Below are positions 1 through 10,049 of a stretch of DNA of 64,000 nucleotides, piece after piece. The notes beneath the pieces were generated by a model. The model was given only the letters and a program-made list of their open reading frames with translations, did no database searches and was not told where the DNA came from. Source of the stretch: an uncultured Gammaproteobacteria bacterium (GTDB lineage: Bacteria; Patescibacteriota; Microgenomatia; Levybacterales; GWA1-39-11). Within the stretch, counting starts at the first letter, position 1. Each line of letters starts with the position of its first letter. The translations under genes were made by a program, and so were the position numbers. The DNA lies in assembly GCA_964394645.1 (NCBI GenBank), contig CAYMYC010000003.1, forward strand, positions 18,315 to 82,314. Direction: 5' to 3'.

Positions 1-2
1 CT

Positions 3-2315
3 TCAGCAGACGCATCAGTTTCAGGTTCACTTCAACCTACAACAGCCTATACAGCGGGTAGTTTGACTTCTGGTGAAACATATTACTTGCGAGTTAAAAC
101 GGCAGACAATGCAGGAAATACCGCAGCTACTAATTGGGCAGCCTTTACATATAAGTATGACAATGTTGTGCCTGATAACCCAACAACTGTTACGGCAAAT
201 CCATCAGGCTATACCGCAACAAATAGTTTTGCCTTTTCATGGAGTGGGGCGACTGATAGTGCTTCAACAGTTTCTGACTACTGTTATAAAACATCTTTAA
301 ACGGTAGTGAAACTTGTGGCGTAACGGATACATCTATTTCTGGAGTAACAGCAGGAGGAACTGGAGCATCCACTTTTTATGTACGAGCCAGAGATGTAGC
401 AGGAAACAAGGCAGCAACATATTCAAGCGTATCATATTATTATAGCGCAACAGCACCAAGCGCACCACAAAGCTTAGAGGTATCGCCTGAAACAAATACG
501 GTAAACCAGTTCTCATTCTCATGGGATCCTCCCTCTACATATTTTGGTTCACAATCTTCTCTAAGGTATTATTACTCTATAAACGCGCTTCCAACTGCAC
601 AGAGTGTTAACTTGCTAGGATTATCCGTTACAACCCTTGCAACTGATGCGTATGCAACTGTTCCAGGGGCAAATGTACTATATGTAGTTGCAAAAGATGA
701 GGCGGGTAATATTGATTACAATAATTATGCATCTGTTACATTTACTGCTGATACATCAGCCCCTGGAATTCCTAAAAAAGTAGATATTGCAGATATTTCA
801 GTGAAAACTTTGTCCGCTTGGAAGCTTGCGGTTTCTTGGGAGGCACCTGATGCTAGCGGTTCAGGTGTTTCAAGCTATAAAGTATATAGCTCAACAACCT
901 CTGGGGCTAGTTGTACTACAGATTTCTCTAGATTTTCATATTTAGCATCAACTACAGGTCGTTCATATGTGGATACAGATATTACTCAAAATAATCATTA
1001 TTATTGCGTAAAAGCCTGTGATTCAACTAATAATTGTTCAGCAGTCTCATCTACGGTTACTAAATATCCAACTGGTAAATATGAAGCCCCGGCAGAATTA
1101 ACAGCAAGTCCTTCAGCTACCGTCAGGACAAAGTCAGCGGTAATTACATGGGGTACCAGTAGATCCAGTAATTCGTTTGTAAAGTACGGAACAAGCTCAG
1201 GAGATTATGGAACTGAGGTTGGATCTTCAACTCAGGTTACAGCACACACAATAAATCTTCTTAATTTAGCTCCTGGAACAACGTATTATTATAAAGTACT
1301 TTGGACAGATGAGGATGGAAATATAGGATCATCTACAGAGCAGAGCATTACTACTGAGCCAGCGCCTTTAGTTGGATCTGTTAAGGTAGCAAATATAAGT
1401 ATTAATTCCGCAAACGTGTCTTTTTCAGTAGCAAACGCGACTAGTGTTACAGTCCAATATGGACTTACTACAAATTATGGTGCATCAGATACCCTTACAA
1501 CATCAAAAACGGAAACAACCCAGATAGTAGCACTTGAGAATCTTGAGGAGGGGACAGAGTATCATGTGCAAATTGTAGCAGAGGATGAGGAGGGAAATAC
1601 ATTTGCGGGAAATGACTATACTTTTGAAACTTTACCTGTTCCCAAGATTACGAGATTTAAGTTGCAACAAGTAGCGGGTGAAGCAACCGCAACGCTACGC
1701 TTACTTTGGACATCTAATTCATTGATATCAACAGTTGTAACATATTATCCGGCAAATAATCCTGTTGCAACAAAGGACTCTATAAATCTGGTTTTATCCC
1801 GCAATCATCAGGTTATCTTAAATAATTTGTTAGATGATACGGATTATACAGTGGTCATAAAAGGAAAAGACAGTGCTGGAAATGAGGCAGAGTATCCTGC
1901 CCAGTCAGTTAAAACAGCAGCAGATCTTCGCCCACCGGGTATAGAAAATATGAATGTTGAGACAACTATCATAGGGGTAGGTGACCAGGCAAAGGCACAG
2001 GTTGTGGCAACTTGGGACACTGATGAGCCTGCTTCTACCCAGGTAGAGTACGCGGAAGGAACTGGTACCAGTTATAATTTAAGTACCCAGGAGGATACAA
2101 ACAAGACCACAAATCATTCAGTTACTATTACTGGACTTTCACCTTCCAGAATTTATCATTTACGCGCTGTGGGTAAAGATAAAGCAGCAAATGTAGGTAA
2201 TTCATTTGATACAGTAATTGTAACCCCAAAGGGGACAAAGGATGCATTAAACTTAGTAATTGATAATCTTGCAAAGACATTCGGATTTTTAAAGAGTGTT
2301 AAGACTGGAAAATAG
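3..2315 (+). CDS. Large fibronectin type III / Ig-like repeat surface protein (5' truncated by window edge)
   Basis: Frame is open from position 3. Repeated FN3-like motifs (W..P, L.PGT.YYY, 'ITW.T...S.S.V.YG', 'D.AGN'); Ser/Thr rich. Confidence 0.85.
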   Translation, partial: SADASVSGSLQPTTAYTAGSLTSGETYYLRVKTADNAGNTAATNWAAFTYKYDNVVPDNPTTVTANPSGYTATNSFAFSWSGATDSASTVSDYCYKTSLNGSETCGVTDTSISGVTAGGTGASTFYVRARDVAGNKAATYSSVSYYYSATAPSAPQSLEVSPETNTVNQFSFSWDPPSTYFGSQSSLRYYYSINALPTAQSVNLLGLSVTTLATDAYATVPGANVLYVVAKDEAGNIDYNNYASVTFTADTSAPGIPKKVDIADISVKTLSAWKLAVSWEAPDASGSGVSSYKVYSSTTSGASCTTDFSRFSYLASTTGRSYVDTDITQNNHYYCVKACDSTNNCSAVSSTVTKYPTGKYEAPAELTASPSATVRTKSAVITWGTSRSSNSFVKYGTSSGDYGTEVGSSTQVTAHTINLLNLAPGTTYYYKVLWTDEDGNIGSSTEQSITTEPAPLVGSVKVANISINSANVSFSVANATSVTVQYGLTTNYGASDTLTTSKTETTQIVALENLEEGTEYHVQIVAEDEEGNTFAGNDYTFETLPVPKITRFKLQQVAGEATATLRLLWTSNSLISTVVTYYPANNPVATKDSINLVLSRNHQVILNNLLDDTDYTVVIKGKDSAGNEAEYPAQSVKTAADLRPPGIENMNVETTIIGVGDQAKAQVVATWDTDEPASTQVEYAEGTGTSYNLSTQEDTNKTTNHSVTITGLSPSRIYHLRAVGKDKAANVGNSFDTVIVTPKGTKDALNLVIDNLAKTFGFLKSVKTGK

Positions 2316-2316
2316 T

Positions 2317-3261
2317 ATGGAAGATAAAAGTCAAAAACAAACAGGAGGGAGTCTTTTAAAAACAGTTGATTTGAAAAAGTCATTCTATATTGGCTTACCA
2401 AATGAAGTAGAGATCTTAAAAGGGATAAATTTGGAAATAGAGAGAGGGGATTTTGTAATCATTTTTGGTCCGTCTGGATGCGGAAAATCTACATTGCTGC
2501 ATACTCTTTTAGGTCTAGAACCTCCTACGGGAGGCAGTGTAGTTGTTGAAGGGGATGATTTTTATGGTTCCACTGAAGATAAGCGGGCAACATATAGACG
2601 GCATCATGTAGGAATTATTTACCAACAGCCATTATGGATTGCGGCACTAAATATAGCAGAAAATGTACAGTTTACCTTAAAGTTACTAAACTATGATGAT
2701 GAGAAAATTACAAAGCGTTCTGATGAAGTCCTTTCTATGGTAGGTATGACAGAATGGAAGAATTACCGTCCTCAAGAGTTATCATCAGGACAGCAGCAGA
2801 AAGTATCCCTGGCTCGTGCGCTCTCAATAGATCCCGTACTCATAGTAGCAGATGAGCCTACGGGGAATTTGGATACAATTTCAGGTCAACAGCTAATAGA
2901 ACATTTTATGGAATTTAATAGGAAGGGAATTACTATTATTATGGTTACCCATGACTTGGAGTATTTAAAATTTGGCAATAAGATTATACACATGATTGAC
3001 GGAATGGTGGTGGAGCAGTATGTAGGAAAACCTGGTCAGGGATTTAATAAAGAAATAATGGGTAAAAAATCAGAATCAAAGACTGGAGAATCTGGTGTTA
3101 ATGTTCGTGATCCAAAATTTCTTGCATCCCTGAAGGGAACTCATGACGGGAAAATAGTGCAGTATGTAACCCATGTAGATGCACCAAAAGACGCACCAGA
3201 TACACCTCAAAACACAAAAAAAGAAACAGAAGACGCAAAGTCTAGTAAAAAAATAACATGA
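2317..3261 (+). CDS. ABC transporter ATP-binding protein (LolD/MacB-like)
   Basis: Walker A GPSGCGKST, signature LSSGQQQ, Walker B IVADEPTGNLD, VTHD. ATG at 2317 follows the upstream stop. Confidence 0.95.
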   Translation: MEDKSQKQTGGSLLKTVDLKKSFYIGLPNEVEILKGINLEIERGDFVIIFGPSGCGKSTLLHTLLGLEPPTGGSVVVEGDDFYGSTEDKRATYRRHHVGIIYQQPLWIAALNIAENVQFTLKLLNYDDEKITKRSDEVLSMVGMTEWKNYRPQELSSGQQQKVSLARALSIDPVLIVADEPTGNLDTISGQQLIEHFMEFNRKGITIIMVTHDLEYLKFGNKIIHMIDGMVVEQYVGKPGQGFNKEIMGKKSESKTGESGVNVRDPKFLASLKGTHDGKIVQYVTHVDAPKDAPDTPQNTKKETEDAKSSKKIT

Positions 3262-5447
3262 AACACATAATACCTATTTTTAAGAAAATTTTAGGAGTGA
3301 TAAGTAAGCCTACTTTTTGGGTACACTTACCAAAAAACAGCATCATTTTTATAAGAAAAGCTAGCGTAACAACCGTAATTTTTGCGAGCTTTTTTCTGCT
3401 TCTTAACATATGTTTCATTGAGGTAATATGTAAATATTTGGAATCTATTCCTGTTATAGGAAGAATATTTAAAAAAACAAATGCATTATGGGTAAAATTG
3501 TTTGGAAGGTATATCCCAAAAGTTGTACGGGCGCTTGAGAAAATGAGGACGTACGAGGTACAGCGTTCGTATCTGATATTTCTCGCGTTTGAAAACTTGC
3601 GTGTTAGAAAGAGTAGGTCACTTATAACTGTTGCTGGTATGTCATTTGGGGTAGGTGTAATTGTGCTTCTTTTATCTCTTGGGTACGGAATAGAGCGGCT
3701 AGTTGTGAATAAAGTTGCAAGCCTTCAAGATTTACAGGTGGTTGACGTTTCAACAGGCGGAAATACAGCGGTAAAGTTAACGCAGGATGCTATCCGAAAG
3801 TTTCAGAAATTTGGGAAAGTTACAAATGTCATACCTTTTGTATCAGTTGTTGGTAGAATCACCTTTAATAAGGCAACGACTGATGTTTTAGTATATTCTG
3901 CACCAAATGAATATTTCACATTTGTGAATGCGAAGATAGTCAAGGGAAGGCTATTTTCAAATAATAAAATTTCGTATGTTACCTCTGAGGGTGAAGTTGC
4001 AGGTGTATCTACTAATTATGAGAAGGCCGAATTTGGTAATAAAATAAGTCCGAATACTGTTTTGTTTAACATTAATCCGCAGGAGGCGGCAGTTGTTTGG
4101 GAATCATGCAGTACAGGAGGGAAGATTGTGGGGTATACCGCAAGACTTGAAGGAGGGTACAAGGGGTATCAGTATTGGGGAAGCGAATATTATCCACTTG
4201 AAGGAGACGCGCGAGCAGGTTATAGCAATACTACTCATGAGTATTTAGGTAAATGGATAAAAGGTGTTGTACCCTTATATAACAAAAATCCAGATGGTGC
4301 ACTTAAACCAATCTTAGATGACCACGGAGTTCATAAATGGCAGGATGCTTGTGTTCAAATGAAATATGTTCAAATATTAGATCAGTATGTTTTGCGCCAC
4401 GTTTTAGGAGCGTCAACAAAATCAGGATCGGTACTCGCAGCCTCTGATTCAGCATCTATCACGGCAGAGACAGATCTTACCGGCTCACAAAACGCATCCG
4501 GTTCAGCGGAAATTGATCAAATAGACTCTGCGGGATTTATCAGCTCATTTGATTCAAGTGTTGTGGGAACAAATTCCGCAGGAATAGAATTTGTGGATCT
4601 AGCTTCTCAGCAGAAGGCAAAGAAAAAAGAAACCGAAACATTAAAATTTAAGGGAGGGCATAGTGGTGAGGCGATTGTTTCAACAGGACTTCTCAATTTA
4701 CTAGGTATTCCGATCTCAAAAGCACTTGACAGCACATTTAATTCATCTCTTATTATAGGAAAAAGCCAGATACCGGAATTGTTAGGAAAAGCGCAAAGTG
4801 AGGAAAAAGATTACAAAATAGTTGGGGTAATAGATGATATTGACACTCAGTATTTCTACATCCCACTTTCTGATGTGAAGAATTTAGGTGTTAGCAATTT
4901 CTCACAAGCAAAAATTGTAATGCAGATTAAGCAAGAGATGGGAAAGTTAAGAAAACAGGTGGAGGATTTAGGCTTTCGAACAACAAGTACTGCAGATACT
5001 GTTGAGCAGATAGAGTCATTATTTGGAAATTTGCGGATAGTTTTAGGTCTTTTGGGGATGGTAGCGCTAGGAGTCGCGTCATTAGGAATGTTTAATACGC
5101 TAACCGTTTCTCTTCTTGAGCGCACGCGTGAAATTGGGGGAATGAAAACGATCGGTATGGTAACTGATGAAGTTCAGGAGTTGCTACTTTCTGAAGCTAT
5201 GATTATGGGTCTTTCAGGTGGAGTTGGAGGATTATTATTAGGATTTATTGCCGGAAAAGCGCTATCTGGCGCGGTAAGTATTTTTGCAATAGCGGGTGGA
5301 CAAGGCTTTTTAGATCTCACATATGTTCCACCATTTCTTATATTTTTTATAATTGTTTCTTCGTTTTTTGTAGGTCTTATTACAGGGTTGTATCCTGCTA
5401 TGCGCGCGCGTAAAATTTCAGCACTCAATGCCTTGCGTTATGAATGA
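3258..5447 (+). CDS. ABC transporter permease, MacB/FtsX family, with large extracytoplasmic insertion
   Basis: RSLITVAGMSFGV first TM; FtsX C-terminal motif 'NTLTVSLLERTREIGGMKTIG'; ends 'YPAMRARKISALNALRYE'. Confidence 0.92.
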   Translation: MKHIIPIFKKILGVISKPTFWVHLPKNSIIFIRKASVTTVIFASFFLLLNICFIEVICKYLESIPVIGRIFKKTNALWVKLFGRYIPKVVRALEKMRTYEVQRSYLIFLAFENLRVRKSRSLITVAGMSFGVGVIVLLLSLGYGIERLVVNKVASLQDLQVVDVSTGGNTAVKLTQDAIRKFQKFGKVTNVIPFVSVVGRITFNKATTDVLVYSAPNEYFTFVNAKIVKGRLFSNNKISYVTSEGEVAGVSTNYEKAEFGNKISPNTVLFNINPQEAAVVWESCSTGGKIVGYTARLEGGYKGYQYWGSEYYPLEGDARAGYSNTTHEYLGKWIKGVVPLYNKNPDGALKPILDDHGVHKWQDACVQMKYVQILDQYVLRHVLGASTKSGSVLAASDSASITAETDLTGSQNASGSAEIDQIDSAGFISSFDSSVVGTNSAGIEFVDLASQQKAKKKETETLKFKGGHSGEAIVSTGLLNLLGIPISKALDSTFNSSLIIGKSQIPELLGKAQSEEKDYKIVGVIDDIDTQYFYIPLSDVKNLGVSNFSQAKIVMQIKQEMGKLRKQVEDLGFRTTSTADTVEQIESLFGNLRIVLGLLGMVALGVASLGMFNTLTVSLLERTREIGGMKTIGMVTDEVQELLLSEAMIMGLSGGVGGLLLGFIAGKALSGAVSIFAIAGGQGFLDLTYVPPFLIFFIIVSSFFVGLITGLYPAMRARKISALNALRYE

Positions 5448-5486
5448 TATCTTGATGAGGTTGGCAAAATCATATACACTTTTTTT

Positions 5487-6218
5487 ATGTCAAAGAAAAA
5501 TCAGGATCAGGAGTCAGTCCCGGTAACAACATTTACAAAAGAATCGCTTGTAGACCTTAAAAAAGAAGGGAAAAACTATTTTCTTCACTGGTTTGATTAT
5601 CTTGTAATTCATATAAGGCAAAACGTAGTAAAGAGACCAATTGAATATTTAGCGTTATTTGTAGTAAGTTTTTTCTTTACTATATGTGTTTCAGCAATCA
5701 TTTTACTTCTTATTTTTAATAAGATAGAAATGAATGTTTCTCTTCCTGCAATTCCTCTTTATAATTTTGGACAGCTTCAAATAGGCAGAACAAGTAGGGA
5801 AAGCGTGAAGTTTGACCCTATGGTTTTGTTGAGGTTAATTCAGGAAAACAATTCTGAATATGTAGTAATTGATCTACGAACAGCAAAAGAATATGAAAAT
5901 GGACATATTAAAAGCGCTGTGTCTCTGCCTATTTATGGCACAGATATAATTTCAGATATTGGAGAAATAAAAAACACAAGCGGTTTAAAAAACAGATTGA
6001 GTAATATCTCAAAAAATAAAAAAATTGTTATTTTGTATGGACAAACAGCATATTCCTCTTATGTTGAACAAATCGCAAGATCTCTTGATAGCAGCGGGGG
6101 AAAAGTGAAGGTATTAGGTATTGGATGGAATGAGTGGGCGCATTTTAAGAATATTTGGATTCCTGAGGCGGATTGGAATAGCATTAACATACAAGACTTT
6201 ATTCAAGTAAAAGAATAA
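5487..6218 (+). CDS. Membrane-anchored rhodanese-like domain protein
   Basis: 'VIDLRTAKEYENGHIKSAVSLP' rhodanese motif; one TM segment; active-site Cys appears replaced (ILYG). Confidence 0.8.
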   Translation: MSKKNQDQESVPVTTFTKESLVDLKKEGKNYFLHWFDYLVIHIRQNVVKRPIEYLALFVVSFFFTICVSAIILLLIFNKIEMNVSLPAIPLYNFGQLQIGRTSRESVKFDPMVLLRLIQENNSEYVVIDLRTAKEYENGHIKSAVSLPIYGTDIISDIGEIKNTSGLKNRLSNISKNKKIVILYGQTAYSSYVEQIARSLDSSGGKVKVLGIGWNEWAHFKNIWIPEADWNSINIQDFIQVKE

Positions 6219-6415
6219 TTTAATTACTCATTTATTTAATCAGATATTTTACTAGTCGTATATCATAAAAATCTCTTCATTTTCTTCTAAACCCATATTT
6301 TAATAGAATTTTGTAATTATTCTTTCTATTTTGCGCAAAATCTAGTAAAATTGAAAGTTGCGCAGGAGTGGAGGAGAAAAATTTTCTTACTCTACCTCCT
6401 GGTTACAATAAACTT

Positions 6416-6500
6416 GCTGGAGTGGCAGAGTAGTCAATTGCTCGTGACTGTAGATCACGCGCCCGTTTGGGCTACGGGGGTGCAAATCCCTCCTCCAGCA
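6416..6500 (+). tRNA. tRNA-Tyr(GTA)
   Basis: Acceptor GCTGGAG/CTCCAGC, anticodon arm CGTGA-CTGTAGA-TCACG, long variable arm, T-arm with loop TGCAAAT. Confidence 0.92.
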
Positions 6501-6576
6501 CAAGAAGTAGTAGAAAAAGCCTTATTTCTATAGGGGGTAATTGCCATAGAAGATAACACATCTTTTTAAGAAATTA

Positions 6577-6648
6577 GCCTCGATGGCTCAGTGGTAGAGC
6601 GAGATCTTGGTAAGATCTAGGTCGGGGGTCCGATTCCCCCTCGAGGCT
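6577..6648 (+). tRNA. tRNA-Thr(GGT)
   Basis: Acceptor GCCTCGA/TCGAGGC, D-arm GCTCAGTGGTAGAGC, anticodon arm AGATC-TTGGTAA-GATCT, T-loop TCCGATT. Confidence 0.93.
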
Positions 6649-6721
6649 CAAAAACAAGTATCATTGTATTTTGAGCGTAATTTTTGTATAATTGTATTTC
6701 TCAAAGGGGAAGAATAAACAT

Positions 6722-6901
6722 ATGGCAAAGAAAAAAACAGGCGCAGTACTCAAATTAGGATTAGTTTGTACGGTATGCAGGACTCGTGGTTATATTACGT
6801 CTAGAAATAAATTAAATACACCTGAAAAACTGAAGCTAAAGAAGTACTGTAGAAAATGTATGAAAGCTCAGGAGCATAAGGAAGTTGATAAGTTAAAATA
6901 G
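6722..6901 (+). CDS. rpmG: 50S ribosomal protein L33 (Zn-binding type)
   Basis: MAKKK..., CTVC and CRKC motifs, 'NKLNTPEKLKLKKYC'. Confidence 0.95.
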   Translation: MAKKKTGAVLKLGLVCTVCRTRGYITSRNKLNTPEKLKLKKYCRKCMKAQEHKEVDKLK

Positions 6902-7009
6902 CTTTTAACTTGCGCTTCACTTCGTAAATCTAAAGTTAAAATAAATTTTAAAAATAAAATAGAAACTTCCTTGCGTGGCTCACTTCGTTCATCTCTAAAG
7001 TAAAAGTAA
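6890..7009. repeat. Degenerate tandem repeat (two CTTGCG..TCACTTCGT..TCTAAAGT units) after rpmG
   Basis: cttgcgcttcacttcgtaaatctaaagttaaaa (~6909-6941) and cttgcgtggctcacttcgttcatctctaaagtaaaa (~6970-7005). Confidence 0.65.
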
Positions 7010-7012
7010 TCT

Positions 7013-8674
7013 TTAAATGTGTTCACCATTTCTTTTGTTATTCTTCATTTGTTTATATGCCTCTATGATAATTGATATATCAGATCTTCCAAACATATAG
7101 AATCCTAACTCTTTAAAATTATTTAAAAGCGTTGTGGTATCTTGTTCTATCGGCTGTTTTTCTAATTGTGCATGTATTCTATATGTAAGAGAAGATATAG
7201 CTCTGAGATTAGTGGTAGATGATTCTGGCAGGTCAGATATAAATGAAGATATAATGCGTAGTGTATCTGGTCGACTGAAGAGAACTTCTCCTGCGTTGTT
7301 TACTGCTCGAAAAGCATTAATAAATAGTTTTTTAGTGGTAAAAATATTTTCTATTTGTTCAGTTTTTATTTTAAGGTTTTTTAATTCTTCTTGAGTTTCG
7401 AGAAGAGAATTTGTATTTTCAACAAGTTGTATCTGAGCTTGGATTTCATTTTCTGATCTGTAAAGGTCTTTATCGTTTGTTTCAGTTTGAGAGATAGTTT
7501 TTGTTTGCGGCAAAGAATCAATAAGCCTATATGCATTTATAATAGTATTTAACTCTCTTCCAAGTGCTTCTTTTTCTTCAATAGAAAGATCTGCTATATA
7601 TGGTTTTTTAGCAAAACTTATCAATACTGAAAGTGAGCGGGTGTCTAGGGGAGTTTTTTGTTTGAAACCATTATAAAGATTAGTGAGGTTAGTTAGCACT
7701 TCCCGAGTTTTTTGATAGTTATTTTCTCCAAACAATCTTAGGTATGCCCTAAAGGGTGATTTTATCACGCCTTGCTTTTGTAGATTATTAATTCTGTCTA
7801 ATTTTACAGGATTTCCAAGCTGACTATATATCTTTTGCCATTCTAGCAAAAGATCATTTTGATCAATTTCTCCTCGTTTCTTTTCAGATGCATTAATTTT
7901 CTCTAATCTTTCAGTGTTTTTAGGGTTAGAAGATTTAATATGTCGCGCAATTATTCGTGCGTCCTTTATATTTGTAATGGCTATTGAAGCCAGATCTCCA
8001 TTTGGATAGAAAAGTTGATAGGGGCGTTTGATCCCTGCTTGTATTAATGTATCCTGAATTATGGAGCCTATCGACACGTCTCCTATCAGAAATCTAATGT
8101 CATGCTTGTTTATAATTGCTCTGCCATCAAAAATGCCTGATAAAAAATCCCATATGTACTCAGGTGATTGAGTCCACAGATACTGTTTTGAAAATGTTTC
8201 AACAAAATTTTCTCTTGAAAGGCTACCTAAGCGTCTTATAACTGTACTATTTGAAAAAAGCACAACATTTTTTTGATTCTCATTTTTATTTTGATGTTCT
8301 CCTTGGGGATCTTTATCAAATATATATTTGCCGATAGATTTATATTTTTCTCTAGTTTCGGGATTTTTTTCACCTTTTATAAATCTACTTCCAGAGTCTA
8401 CATATGATGCGCCACCAGTATATCCAATAAACCATGCAAGTTGTGAGGATGGCGCAAAGGGGATAGTCTTAAATTTTTCTTCTGATATAGCTCTTACTCT
8501 ACCTAATTTTGTTTTAGCCAGTAGTACTTCAACGTATGTTGGAGAGTAGCCAGTTTGAGCACTTATTTCCGACAGAGATGCTTTAAATGGTATCTTGCCC
8601 TCAGAATGCAGACGAGCATTTTCAAGTACATATGATTCAAAAGTATTTCTTTTTTCTTGCCAGTTTTCTTTCAT
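7013..8674 (-). CDS. Orphan protein: HTH + degenerate double LAGLIDADG-like domain + homing-endonuclease-associated repeat
   Basis: 'LAWFIGYTGGASYV' and 'DFLSGIFDGRAII' about 100 aa apart; N-terminal 'SLSEISAQTGYSPTYV'; 'LLLEWQKIYSQLGNP...YLRLFG'. Confidence 0.55.
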   Translation of the reverse strand: MKENWQEKRNTFESYVLENARLHSEGKIPFKASLSEISAQTGYSPTYVEVLLAKTKLGRVRAISEEKFKTIPFAPSSQLAWFIGYTGGASYVDSGSRFIKGEKNPETREKYKSIGKYIFDKDPQGEHQNKNENQKNVVLFSNSTVIRRLGSLSRENFVETFSKQYLWTQSPEYIWDFLSGIFDGRAIINKHDIRFLIGDVSIGSIIQDTLIQAGIKRPYQLFYPNGDLASIAITNIKDARIIARHIKSSNPKNTERLEKINASEKKRGEIDQNDLLLEWQKIYSQLGNPVKLDRINNLQKQGVIKSPFRAYLRLFGENNYQKTREVLTNLTNLYNGFKQKTPLDTRSLSVLISFAKKPYIADLSIEEKEALGRELNTIINAYRLIDSLPQTKTISQTETNDKDLYRSENEIQAQIQLVENTNSLLETQEELKNLKIKTEQIENIFTTKKLFINAFRAVNNAGEVLFSRPDTLRIISSFISDLPESSTTNLRAISSLTYRIHAQLEKQPIEQDTTTLLNNFKELGFYMFGRSDISIIIEAYKQMKNNKRNGEHI

Positions 8675-8728
8675 GGAAGATATTGTATTAACGTGTTAAA
8701 TTATGTTGATAATTTAAAATATTTTATT

Positions 8729-9307
8729 TCAACTCTCTCTGAGTATTTTCTGAGCGTACATATATTCTTGCTTTATCCGATATTCATCTCTAGGGTCGGT
8801 TAGTCGTGCAAGAAGGTAAACATCTTTTACTCCTTGTATAAATGCGTGTGAGTTGTTTTTTTTACCACCTGTATTTCCATAGATGTGTTCAGCGTTTTGT
8901 AGGTATCCTTTGAGAATCGGTTGTTCACAATCAAATGGGTGGGGATCTAAAAACAATTTGTCTTTCATGAATCTGTTTCTTGAGGAATCAGTTATAAAAA
9001 TTAGCCCAGTTTCAGGTCCTGATACATAAAGTACATCACGCATAAAAAGAAACCCTGCCATATATGAAATTGTCTCATCATCTTTTCCGTTAATTCTGAA
9101 AGTAGAGAGATTTTTTGAGAGTACCTCAATTGCCTTGTCGCCCATTTGCGCACGTGCTTCAGCCTCATTAATTTGATTGCGTAGGTACCTTAAAGGATCT
9201 TGTTCTAGATCTTGCATGGGGTACGCAAAATCAGTTTCATGTAAGGTCGGTATGTAGCTAGGTAGCCGTGGTTTTACGTACGATTCGTAGCTGTTTTCTT
9301 GTTTCAT
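8729..9307 (-). CDS. Hypothetical protein
   Basis: Long ORF with ATG at 9307; no recognisable motif. Confidence 0.6.
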   Translation of the reverse strand: MKQENSYESYVKPRLPSYIPTLHETDFAYPMQDLEQDPLRYLRNQINEAEARAQMGDKAIEVLSKNLSTFRINGKDDETISYMAGFLFMRDVLYVSGPETGLIFITDSSRNRFMKDKLFLDPHPFDCEQPILKGYLQNAEHIYGNTGGKKNNSHAFIQGVKDVYLLARLTDPRDEYRIKQEYMYAQKILRES

Positions 9308-9343
9308 GAAATGAATATACACCTTATAGTATTTTTTGTCAAA

Positions 9344-10009
9344 TTAGAGGAATATGAGGGAGAGAAAAGCCATTGAGAGACCAAGAATAGTTCCCCCTAC
9401 AACGTCAGTTGTCCAATGTTCACCAAGTGATACACGGGATACGAGCATAAGGATAACTATTCCCCAAAAGAACCCGTACACCGCCATCTTAACAAAGAGA
9501 GGTAATTTCAGCTTATATATTAAAAATGAAAAAACAATCGCCAGAAATACTATTCGTAAGGAATGTCCTGATGGGTATGATGCGTCTGTGAAGACGTGAA
9601 GTCCAGGAAAATCTGTAAAATGGGAACGCAAGAACATTCTGGGTGGACCAGGTTGTTCCAGTATGTTTTTTCCGACAAGTTCTATAACATGTGCAAATGC
9701 GAATAACCCTAATGGAATGGTAGCCCATATTTTTTTGTTCATAATTCCGTAAAATGCCAGAACTATGACTAATATGCTTCCTGTAAATTCAAATCTTCCC
9801 GCAACGGACAGGAATGAGAAAAAGTCATCAAGTCGCAGCGGTACTTTAGCTTGAAGTTTTACCGTAGTATCAAAATCTAAGGACCTGAGTATGTCTGCAC
9901 GGACAAAGAGAGTAAAGGCGAAAAACAAAAATAAAAGAAATAGCCCAGCGCATAGAAATATCAGATTTTCTTTTGTGATAAGTTTTGTAAATAAAGTTTT
10001 TTTTGCCAC
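9344..10009 (-). CDS. PAP2-family membrane phosphatase
   Basis: 'SYPSGH' and 'SRVSLGEHWTTDVVGG' motifs; multiple TMs. Confidence 0.9.
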   Translation of the reverse strand: MAKKTLFTKLITKENLIFLCAGLFLLFLFFAFTLFVRADILRSLDFDTTVKLQAKVPLRLDDFFSFLSVAGRFEFTGSILVIVLAFYGIMNKKIWATIPLGLFAFAHVIELVGKNILEQPGPPRMFLRSHFTDFPGLHVFTDASYPSGHSLRIVFLAIVFSFLIYKLKLPLFVKMAVYGFFWGIVILMLVSRVSLGEHWTTDVVGGTILGLSMAFLSLIFL

Positions 10010-10049
10010 AATTAATATTACAAGAAAGTAAGTTTTAGATCAAATAAAA

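Noticed and set aside
6351-6533. 60-aa ORF in the track
   Set aside because: Overlaps tRNA-Tyr; spurious.
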